The notes under the pieces were generated by a model that saw only the letters and a program-made list of their open reading frames with translations, made no database searches and had not been told where the DNA came from. From Candidatus Saccharimonadota bacterium (GTDB lineage: Bacteria > Patescibacteriota > Saccharimonadia > Saccharimonadales > Saccharimonadaceae), in the NCBI RefSeq assembly GCF_025273655.1, contig NZ_CP045921.1:840001-872000 (forward strand): DNA of 32,000 nucleotides. The letters run 5' to 3'. Below, one piece after another: positions 23,235 to 30,547 of this stretch (position 1 is the first letter of the stretch; every line of letters starts with the position of its first letter). Made by a program: the position numbers and the translations under genes.

Positions 23235-25684
23235 TCCCTTGCCTCCACACTTGCCTCGGCTACGATTGCATTTGCCGCCACTTCAGCACCAAGCACGCCC
23301 TGCACTTGCTCGAGCGTAATATACATAGTCGTACCCGGTGTGACGTTGCCCCCCAACATTTCTTTTGCGACGGTGTTTTCTATTGCTCGCTGGACAACGC
23401 GGCGCATCGGCCTGGCGCCCAGCCTAGGATCGTAGCCTTTATCTACTAAATATAGTTTAGCATCTTCTGTTACATCTACCGAAACTTTTTGCAGCGCCAG
23501 CGTCTTGTTAACACCTGCTATCATGAGGTTGATCACTTGTACTAGTTCTGCTTTGCCGAGTGGTGTAAATGTCACGATCTCATCGAAACGGTTGAGGAAC
23601 TCAGGGCGGAATTGATTGCTACTAATTAGCTCATCGATAAACTGCGGCTCGAACTGTTCTAATTGCTCGCCTTTCTCGATATGCTCACGTATACGATCAG
23701 CCCCCGCATTACTTGTAGCAATTACGATTGCATCGCGAAAACTCACTTCACGGTTGCGTACATCTCGCAGTATACCCTCATCCAACAGCTGCAAAAGTGT
23801 CGTTAAAACGTTTGGATGTGCTTTCTCAATTTCATCAAGTAAAACAACGCTAAACGGTTGCTTCATCACTTGGGCAGTCAGGCTATTTGGATCATCGGCC
23901 CCATCCGCAATCAAGCGATTCACATCTTCCAGCGTAACGTATTCGTTCAGATCGAGACGAATCATGCGATCTTCTCCGCCAAAATACACATCCGCGAGCG
24001 CTTTTGCGAGCTCCGTCTTACCTACACCCGTAGGCCCAAGAAACAGAAAAGTACCGATTGGTCGATCTTGATTGCGTACACCTGCCCTAGCCCTGCGAAG
24101 TGCATCACTCACCACTTGCACAGCACGTTTCTGATTGATCATGCGTTCATGGATCTTATCCTCGAGATTGAGCAATGTCTCGCGCTCGGCTGCGACGTCG
24201 GCAGTCCCTACTTTCACATTCATCGTCTGTTCGATAGCCTGTTGCACGGAGTTCATCGTCACAAATTTACCGCTCTCAGCATAACTTGCAGCCGTCTCAA
24301 GTAGTTTAAGGGCGCGCCCAGGCATCTCAAGATCATGTATGTATCGTTCGCTCAGCCGATATGCTTCCGCAAGTGACTGATACATGTATGTGACCTTACG
24401 CTTGTACTCCGTCATGATTAGTTGATCTTGCATCACAGCAACTGTTTCATCTCTACTGGCAGGTGCAAGTATGATGCGATTGAGTGCGTTTACTAACCCA
24501 GGGTTACGTTGTGCTATCTGCAGTAGACGCTGCTCGTCCATTGTGAGTATAATGCGGAGATTACCTGCCTCGAGTATTGGCAGTAACACATTCGTGAGAT
24601 CAACAGATCCAACACCCTCTTCAAAAAATAGCTGTGCATTGTCCAGACAAATAATGATATTTTTAGCTCGGTACGCCTCTGTAAGTACGCGCATTATTAG
24701 TCCTTCGAGCTCGCCGCGACCTGGAGCTGCCGAAATAAGTGCAGAAGAGTCCATCAGAAATACCTGGCGAAATTTGAGACTCGATGGCACCTGTGCATCG
24801 GCGTCAAGTAAGCGTTCCGCAAATGCGTGCAATAGCGTAGTTTTACCTACGCCTTCGGACCCCACAATTGCCGCGTTTTGACGTCCGCCACCACTCATCG
24901 CCTCTACAAGCTGATCGAGTGCCCGCAGGTGACTATCGAGCTCCACAGTAAACACGCCGCCGCCTTCACTAAGATTGACGCCAAAACGTTTAAGGAGAGG
25001 TACATAGCCAAACGACCAATCGCGCGCAATACCACCAGTACGGCGAGGCTTCGCCTGCTGCCCAATCAACTCTTGAATATGATCGTACCAGCGAATACCA
25101 GCAATGAGATCATCGAGCTCGAGATGCATTTGCGCCAGTAGTATGTCGTGATCAGCAAATTGTCGAATCAATGCTACAGCAACTATACCACCGTGGAGAA
25201 TCGGACTTCCTGTCTGCAGTTGAATATCTCGGGCGTCCACCCATATATCATCACTGCGCTTCACGTCGTCGCTTGCTATATTGAGCAGAAAATTGGCCGT
25301 TACACCAAAACGGACAGCCATAAATTGCCCAGCCTGAGACTTACCTATTAGCTCAGCGATTTGTGCCGGCGTTGCGCCCTCTGACAGCCCTGCTAGAATT
25401 GATGCCTCTAGCCATGCATCTACCGCTTCTCTATTGCTATCGGGCGGGAGATTTTTGAGCTCACCGGCATGCCATTCGACAAGCATCGCCGGGATAGCCG
25501 CAAGTCCGAATACAAACCAACCTATCGGTACGCCTAAAAACACCAATGCACAGCCACTAACACCGAGCACCAAAGTAGCGACCTTGAGCAGCGCAACAAT
25601 TTGAAATGTGAGTAACTTGCCAAAGCGCGCCTTGGCACGCCGCTCACTCGTGAGATTGAGCTCTAAAACTGCCATGGTATCCAT
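23231..25684 (-). CDS. membrane-anchored ClpA/ClpB-family double AAA+ ATPase, divergent (2nd gene of operon)
   Basis: Two N-terminal hydrophobic helices (LLTFQIVALLKVATLVLGVSGCALVFLGV, IGWFVFGLAAIPAML). D1 Walker A is GSEGVGKT. D2 carries FLFLGPTGVGKTELAKALA, VVLLDEIEKAHPNV, ATSNAG, RPEFLNRFDEIV and GARPMRR. The start was moved from 26023 to ATG 25684 (or 25675), because the track's N-terminal 113 aa overlap the real upstream gene in another frame. Confidence 0.85.
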   Translation of the reverse strand: MDTMAVLELNLTSERRAKARFGKLLTFQIVALLKVATLVLGVSGCALVFLGVPIGWFVFGLAAIPAMLVEWHAGELKNLPPDSNREAVDAWLEASILAGLSEGATPAQIAELIGKSQAGQFMAVRFGVTANFLLNIASDDVKRSDDIWVDARDIQLQTGSPILHGGIVAVALIRQFADHDILLAQMHLELDDLIAGIRWYDHIQELIGQQAKPRRTGGIARDWSFGYVPLLKRFGVNLSEGGGVFTVELDSHLRALDQLVEAMSGGGRQNAAIVGSEGVGKTTLLHAFAERLLDADAQVPSSLKFRQVFLMDSSALISAAPGRGELEGLIMRVLTEAYRAKNIIICLDNAQLFFEEGVGSVDLTNVLLPILEAGNLRIILTMDEQRLLQIAQRNPGLVNALNRIILAPASRDETVAVMQDQLIMTEYKRKVTYMYQSLAEAYRLSERYIHDLEMPGRALKLLETAASYAESGKFVTMNSVQQAIEQTMNVKVGTADVAAERETLLNLEDKIHERMINQKRAVQVVSDALRRARAGVRNQDRPIGTFLFLGPTGVGKTELAKALADVYFGGEDRMIRLDLNEYVTLEDVNRLIADGADDPNSLTAQVMKQPFSVVLLDEIEKAHPNVLTTLLQLLDEGILRDVRNREVSFRDAIVIATSNAGADRIREHIEKGEQLEQFEPQFIDELISSNQFRPEFLNRFDEIVTFTPLGKAELVQVINLMIAGVNKTLALQKVSVDVTEDAKLYLVDKGYDPRLGARPMRRVVQRAIENTVAKEMLGGNVTPGTTMYITLEQVQGVLGAEVAANAIVAEASVEARE

Positions 25685-26046
25685 CCTGCCGTCATAAGTA
25701 CGAACCCGGTGATAGGTAGCACTGGTACAATTGCCCATACCGCTAGTACGCAGACGCCCAAAAGTGCTTGGAGCGTAATCGTAACAAGGCCCATCACCAG
25801 CACCGTGCTGCGAATCATTGCACCAATAACGCGTGAGATCATGCGTCCCGCCCACGCCTGTACTTTCACTGACAGTGGACCATCTACCGAGCCAGCCCCA
25901 TCTTGGCGAAACAACGCAAACATTGTCCGTAGGAGCAGACCTATGGAGAAATAATCCATTGTACTTTCGAGTCGGGTCATCGTCATACGGGCGCGCTGTT
26001 GCCAGCCTATCGTATACCACCACCTCAGTAGGCCCACTATAAACAT
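25663..26046 (-). CDS. small integral membrane protein, 127 aa (1st gene of operon)
   Basis: Hydrophobic segments VIGAMIRSTVLVMGLVTITLQALLGVCVLAVWAIVPVLPITGFVLM. The stop overlaps the Clp-like start. TATAAT lies 6 nt upstream of the ATG. Confidence 0.6.
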   Translation of the reverse strand: MFIVGLLRWWYTIGWQQRARMTMTRLESTMDYFSIGLLLRTMFALFRQDGAGSVDGPLSVKVQAWAGRMISRVIGAMIRSTVLVMGLVTITLQALLGVCVLAVWAIVPVLPITGFVLMTAGWIPWQF

Positions 26047-26052
26047 AACCTC

Positions 26053-26058
26053 ATTATA
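26053..26058 (-). promoter_or_regulatory. -10 hexamer TATAAT, 6 nt upstream of ATG 26046 (operon promoter)
   Basis: The minus strand reads gagTATAATgaggttATG. Confidence 0.45.
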
Positions 26059-26126
26059 CTCTATTACCTCAGAAAAACTACCTTCTTTTCCCCTGTTTTG
26101 GGGTGTTTTTTCGCTCCACGAATCGC

Positions 26127-26132
26127 TATACT
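26127..26132 (+). promoter_or_regulatory. -10 hexamer TATACT (cGCTATACT), 8 nt upstream of murT ATG 26141
   Basis: Read directly. No SD sequence in the gap. Confidence 0.45.
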
Positions 26133-26140
26133 AAAAGAAT

Positions 26141-27412
26141 ATGGTTCGACCTCATATCGCTACTATTGGCAAAGTAGTCCGACAAGTCACTCGCCTGCGT
26201 GGTGGTGGCTCGGCCTTTCCTGGTCTCGTTATCGAAAAAATCGATCCTCGCTTCACCCGCGATGTACTCGCTAGCCTTCCATATGGCGTTGTCATCATCA
26301 GTGGCACCAATGGCAAGACCACTACCACAAAGATGACCGTCGAACTCCTCGAAAGCCAAGGGTTCCGCGTCTTTACTAATCGCACGGGGAGCAATTTCTC
26401 GCGTGGTGTCACCGCTGCTATACTCGGCGAGATCGATTACAAAGGTACGCTCAATGCTGACATCGCGGTGCTTGAGCTAGACGAAGCCCATGCAGTCAAA
26501 TTTGTGGATATCATCCCACCTCGCTATAGTTTGCTGCTCAATGTTATGCGCGACCAACTCGATCGCTTCGGCGAAATCGATACCACTGCCCGCATGCTTG
26601 AGCATATTGCCCAGGCCACCACTCATACAGTCGTGCTCAACCGCGAAGACCCACGCATCGCCCCTATCGGTGACTCACTTACCGCTCGCACCCAAGCAGA
26701 GTACTTCGGTCTTAGCGACGAGCTACGCCCCAAGTTTCCATCCGACGACGACATGCGCTCCAGTACAAAAGCAATTGATGCACGCGATGCCGATGTCATC
26801 CTGACAAACTTCGACGGTAACACCGCCTCGTTCCATTTCGACAACCGTGACATAGCTGTACCGCTCAAACTCCGCGGCATCTACAATATCTACAACGCAG
26901 CAGCGGCACTCACCCTCACGCGTACCATTGCTGCCGAACGTTACAACAAGAAGGCCCTACTCGAAGCCCTTGGCAACGTCGTGCCAGCCTTTGGCCGCGG
27001 TGAGACGGTCATGCTTGACGGCCAACCTGTCGAGCTGGTACTCGTCAAAAACCCTAGCGGCTTCCGTCTAGCCCTTGAGTCATTCTCGCCAGATGGCTAC
27101 GCAACCATGATCGCCATCAACGACAATTATGCCGATGGTCGTGATATGAGTTGGCTCTGGGATGTCGATTTTGACAGCCTTCGACCAGCAGGTGTTGCAC
27201 ACGTGAGCGGCGTCCGCGCCTACGACATGGCCCTTCGCCTTCAGTATGACGATGTCGAAACAGCACATGTCGACACCGACATACCAGCAGCACTGCGAGC
27301 TTTTTGCGCTGAGCATGCCGATTCACCAAAACGCATCTACTGCACCTATACCGCCATGCTTCGCCTGCGCGAGCTACTGAGCCGCATGACCCAAGTGGAG
27401 AAAATATTATGA
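26141..27412 (+). CDS. murT: lipid II isoglutaminyl synthase, Mur-ligase-like subunit
   Basis: Contains the GTNGKTTT P-loop, a Mur ligase central domain and the C-terminal DUF1727 signature DNYADGRDMSWLWDVDF. An ATGA overlap links it to the downstream amidotransferase. Confidence 0.85.
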   Translation: MVRPHIATIGKVVRQVTRLRGGGSAFPGLVIEKIDPRFTRDVLASLPYGVVIISGTNGKTTTTKMTVELLESQGFRVFTNRTGSNFSRGVTAAILGEIDYKGTLNADIAVLELDEAHAVKFVDIIPPRYSLLLNVMRDQLDRFGEIDTTARMLEHIAQATTHTVVLNREDPRIAPIGDSLTARTQAEYFGLSDELRPKFPSDDDMRSSTKAIDARDADVILTNFDGNTASFHFDNRDIAVPLKLRGIYNIYNAAAALTLTRTIAAERYNKKALLEALGNVVPAFGRGETVMLDGQPVELVLVKNPSGFRLALESFSPDGYATMIAINDNYADGRDMSWLWDVDFDSLRPAGVAHVSGVRAYDMALRLQYDDVETAHVDTDIPAALRAFCAEHADSPKRIYCTYTAMLRLRELLSRMTQVEKIL

Positions 27413-28137
27413 CCCAACCCGAACACACCCTCACTATCGTACAGCTCTACCCAGACGACATGAACATCTATGGCGACTGGGGTAACGTGCTCACTGTCAT
27501 GAAACGTGCAGAATGGCACGGCCTCTCGCCCTCGCTCATCAACTACAATGTTGGCGATGAATTCCCTGCCGAGGCGGATATTATCATCGGTGGCGGTGGT
27601 CAAGACAGCGGTCAGCTCAAAGTTCAGGCGGATTTGCAGCAGATCGCACCGCGCCTGCGCGAGTTTGCAGATGCCGATACGCCTATGCTCATGATCTGCG
27701 GACTCTACCAGCTGTTCGGCAGGTTCTTCAAGACAAGCAAAGGTGAAATCATACAAGGTATCGACATCTTCCATGCCGAAACGCATGGCGGCCCGGAGCG
27801 CTTGATCGGCAATATCGTCACTACCAGCGAAGAGTTCGGCGAAATCATCGGCTACGAAAACCACAGCGGTCAGACATTCATTGACAGCGACATGCAACCG
27901 CTAGGCCGTGTCCGTCAGGGCGCTGGCAACAATGGCCAAGATGACACCGAAGGCTGCATCTACCGCAATGTCATCGGCACATATCTGCACGGATCACTGC
28001 TGCCCAAAAACCCGGCCATCGCAGATGGTCTCATACAAGAAGCCGCCAAGAAGAAATACCCCGACTTCACACTCAATATCCTTGAAGATCGCTTCGCTAC
28101 GAAAGCTCGTGAAATCGCGCTCAAGCGACCACGATAG
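27409..28137 (+). CDS. gatD: lipid II isoglutaminyl synthase, glutamine amidotransferase subunit (CobB/CobQ-like GATase)
   Basis: YPDDMNIYGDWGN, the nucleophile context MICGLYQLFG and YLHGSLLPKNP are present. Translationally coupled to murT. Confidence 0.85.
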   Translation: MTQPEHTLTIVQLYPDDMNIYGDWGNVLTVMKRAEWHGLSPSLINYNVGDEFPAEADIIIGGGGQDSGQLKVQADLQQIAPRLREFADADTPMLMICGLYQLFGRFFKTSKGEIIQGIDIFHAETHGGPERLIGNIVTTSEEFGEIIGYENHSGQTFIDSDMQPLGRVRQGAGNNGQDDTEGCIYRNVIGTYLHGSLLPKNPAIADGLIQEAAKKKYPDFTLNILEDRFATKAREIALKRPR

Positions 28138-28150
28138 GCGCTGCCAGTAG

Positions 28151-28612
28151 CTAATTAGCTTGGAGTTTCTTCAGCTCAGCCACCACCTGCTCACCATGCC
28201 CATCCGGTGTCACGCGGCCATACGCTTTCACTACCACACCCTCCGGACTGATGATAAATGTCTTGCGCAGGATTCCCTCGCGCCCAAACTGTTTTTTGCC
28301 CCACGCACCATATGCATCGATAGTTACACCATCAGGATCGCTAAGCAGTGTGAAGTTAAGGTCATACTTCGCCTTGAATTTATCGTGCGCACTGGCTTCG
28401 TCCTTGCTCACACCCACTACCTGCGCACCAAGTGCTGTTAGGTCGTCACGGGCATCGCGCAGACTGCAGGCTTCGGCGGTACAGCCAGGCGTATCGTCTT
28501 TTGGGTAGAAGTATAGGACGAGCCACGAGCCAGCAAAATCCTGCAGGCTATGAGTCTTGCCTTTCTCGTCTGTCAAGGAAAAATCTTGTGCTGGATAGGG
28601 AACTTGTTTCAT
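28151..28612 (-). CDS. bcp: thiol peroxidase / peroxiredoxin Bcp
   Basis: FYPKDDTPGCTAEAC (PxxxTxxC with the second Cys at +5). The start was moved to ATG 28612 (MKQVPYPAQDF). TATAAT (28619..28624, minus strand) lies 6 nt upstream. Confidence 0.85.
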   Translation of the reverse strand: MKQVPYPAQDFSLTDEKGKTHSLQDFAGSWLVLYFYPKDDTPGCTAEACSLRDARDDLTALGAQVVGVSKDEASAHDKFKAKYDLNFTLLSDPDGVTIDAYGAWGKKQFGREGILRKTFIISPEGVVVKAYGRVTPDGHGEQVVAELKKLQAN

Positions 28613-28678
28613 AGTCCTATTATACCGCGTCACGCTTAGGAATACTTTCAGTTTCGCGCTATACTATATATCAGTACT

Positions 28679-29782
28679 ATGAGACCTGGTGAAAAACGAC
28701 GAATCTACGAGTTCGATTTGCTGCGCGGTATTTTTATCGTGATCATCATCATCGACCACCTGCAATTCTGGCCTAGCCCACTCAGCTATGTCACTGGCGA
28801 AGGCCGCCTGTGGGTGTCGGCAGCCGAAGGCTTCTTCCTTATTTCCGGCCTGCTTGTCGGCTATATCCGCGCGTATAAAGATCAGTCCAAGCACCTCTGG
28901 GATATTTCGAAGAAACTGCTCCAGCGTGCACTCATGCTGTATCTCTGGGGTATTGGCATTACCTTTGCGATCACCTGCTTCACGCTACTCATGCACGGCA
29001 ATCCTATGCTACCGAAACTGCCCGCTGCCGAGCAGCTCGCCTCGCCATTTGTATTCATCTGGAGCGTCATATCTGGCAATTATTTCAACGACTGGATCTA
29101 CTTCCTGCGTCTTTATGCCATTATGCTCGCCGTCACGCCGCTCTTCCTCTGGATGCTTCGTAAGCGGCAAGAGCGCGTCATCGTCGCGTTCATGGCGCTT
29201 GCCTATGCTGTCAGTTTCGTCTGGCCAGAAGGTGCATTGCAGTGGCAAGTCCTGTTCTTTGGTGCGGCACTGCTCGGCTACAAGCTCGAGGCGATCGGTG
29301 CCTGGCTCTCAGCACACCCTATCATCAAACTCGTCGGTACCGTGGCGCTTGTCACCGCTACCATTGTGACTATGGTACTCAGCTATTTCTTCGTACTAAG
29401 CTGGGGGCTGGTAGAAAATCCAAACTGGCACTGGATGGACCGCGAGCAATACGTTGCTATCCGTGCCGTGATCGATCCGTGGTTTAGCTCCAGCCCTATG
29501 TCGATCGGCCGCATAGCGCTGGCGTTTCTCTGGATGGGAGGCTTGTTCATGTTCGTACATACGTTCCGTCGATTTGTCATGCGATGGTTCGGCTGGCTGC
29601 TCATCCCGCTCGGAGGCCGTTCGCTTTCCGCCTACTGCCTACAAGCGCTGTTACTCCCACTCATCGTGATCACTATTCCCGTCACCGTACCAATTCTCAA
29701 CACTATCGTGGCACTTGGCACAGTGCTGCTCGTATGGTGGCTGCTGCGCGTCCCGATCATCAAACGATTTCTCCCTGTCTAG
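28679..29782 (+). CDS. OpgC/acyltransferase-3-like polytopic membrane protein
   Basis: The N-terminal motif EFDLLRGIFIVIIIIDHL is followed by about 10 hydrophobic helices. cGCTATACT (28660..28665) lies 13 nt upstream. Confidence 0.7.
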   Translation: MRPGEKRRIYEFDLLRGIFIVIIIIDHLQFWPSPLSYVTGEGRLWVSAAEGFFLISGLLVGYIRAYKDQSKHLWDISKKLLQRALMLYLWGIGITFAITCFTLLMHGNPMLPKLPAAEQLASPFVFIWSVISGNYFNDWIYFLRLYAIMLAVTPLFLWMLRKRQERVIVAFMALAYAVSFVWPEGALQWQVLFFGAALLGYKLEAIGAWLSAHPIIKLVGTVALVTATIVTMVLSYFFVLSWGLVENPNWHWMDREQYVAIRAVIDPWFSSSPMSIGRIALAFLWMGGLFMFVHTFRRFVMRWFGWLLIPLGGRSLSAYCLQALLLPLIVITIPVTVPILNTIVALGTVLLVWWLLRVPIIKRFLPV

Positions 29783-29806
29783 TCTCTGGTCAAAACCAAA
29801 ATAATT

Positions 29807-29815
29807 TGCTACAAT
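29807..29815 (+). promoter_or_regulatory. extended -10 TGCTACAAT upstream of tRNA-Pro
   Basis: Exact recurrent 9-mer, 15 nt before the tRNA 5' end. Confidence 0.5.
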
Positions 29816-29830
29816 AACACGTGCATCTAT

Positions 29831-29906
29831 CGGGGTGTGGCGCAGTTGATAGCGCGCGCGGTTTGGGACCGTGAGGTCGAAGGTTTGAGTCCTTTCACCC
29901 CGACCA
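29831..29906 (+). tRNA. tRNA-Pro (anticodon TGG)
   Basis: CGGGGTG T G GCGC AGTTGATA GCGC G CGCGG TTTGGGA CCGTG AGGTC GAAGG TTTGAGT CCTTT CACCCCG ACCA. C1:G72 is typical of tRNA-Pro. CCA encoded. Confidence 0.9.
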
Positions 29907-29946
29907 TAGAAAAAAGGCACACTCATGTGCCTTTTTTCTATGGTCG
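29901..29946. terminator. terminator hairpin overlapping the 3' end of tRNA-Pro
   Basis: cgaccatagaaaaaaggcaca / ctca / tgtgccttttttctatggtcg, a 21-bp perfect stem. The left arm contains the last 6 nt (CGACCA) of the tRNA. Confidence 0.75.
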
Positions 29947-29998
29947 GTTACGGCTCAAATCTTCGACACGAATCTTTACCTGGCAAGATATTCATCCG

Positions 29999-30547
29999 CT
30001 ACTTTTCAACCTCCATCAGTCGCCCGCTCTTACTCAGTTCAGGTTCTGTACAAGCTGCTAGGTTAAAACAGCATGGCCTGCGGTGCTTACCTTCAAGCTT
30101 AGATATCGTCTTGACAATACGTATCGCCCGCGTGTCGACGCTCCCAGTCGCATTGACCCAGCGAACCCATTCCCACCGTGCCATCGGTGTAATATCTTGC
30201 CACTTATCTTTGACTTTTTGCGGCGCTGCTGCCAGCGCATCCGCGATATCCTGAGGTAATGTTGGCTCTGGCCATATCTCACTCGTCGTCAGCTCTACAC
30301 TCACGGTATCTCCCACTTTCACATCGGCTATCCGTTGCATCTCATCGGTTACCCGCAGCCAGTGACTCCATCGCCCGTCGGGTTCAAGCACGGTCGAGAA
30401 TTCATGACCGCTTAACAGTCCCGTTACACTCACTTGCCCACGCGACGGCAGCTTGATACTCTCTTCTTCTGGCACTAGCAAAATCATATGGCTTTTCAGG
30501 GTGTGAAGAGTTGCATCAAATGTAACAGTAACTGGGTTTGCTTTCAT
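29999..30547 (-). CDS. DUF1905 plus YdeI/OmpD-associated domain protein
   Basis: The N-terminal half (VTFDATLHTL...LPSRGQVSVTGLLSGHEFSTVLEPDG) is DUF1905-like. The C-terminal half (LPQDIADALAAAPQKVKDKWQDITPMARWEWVRWVNATGSVDTRAIRIVKTISKL) is YdeI-like. The start was moved to ATG 30547, with TATACT (30554..30559, minus strand) 6 nt upstream. Confidence 0.7.
   Translation of the reverse strand: MKANPVTVTFDATLHTLKSHMILLVPEEESIKLPSRGQVSVTGLLSGHEFSTVLEPDGRWSHWLRVTDEMQRIADVKVGDTVSVELTTSEIWPEPTLPQDIADALAAAPQKVKDKWQDITPMARWEWVRWVNATGSVDTRAIRIVKTISKLEGKHRRPCCFNLAACTEPELSKSGRLMEVEK

Noticed and set aside
25685-26023. The 113-aa N-terminal extension of the Clp-like ORF as given in the track (start 26023).
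   Set aside because: This stretch overlaps, in a different frame, the 127-aa membrane-protein ORF (25663..26046), which has a promoter-proximal ATG and coherent TM helices. The extension's sequence (MVVYDRLATARPYDDDPTRK...) has no Clp-like or membrane character. The internal ATGs at 25684 and 25675 give the stop/start overlap typical of the rest of the operon.
26086-26112. A small hairpin plus T-run (cccctgttttggggtgtttttt) in the divergent promoter region upstream of murT, considered as an attenuator or terminator.
   Set aside because: The stem is only 4 bp and lies upstream of the predicted murT -10 element, so it would not be transcribed from that promoter. The evidence is insufficient.
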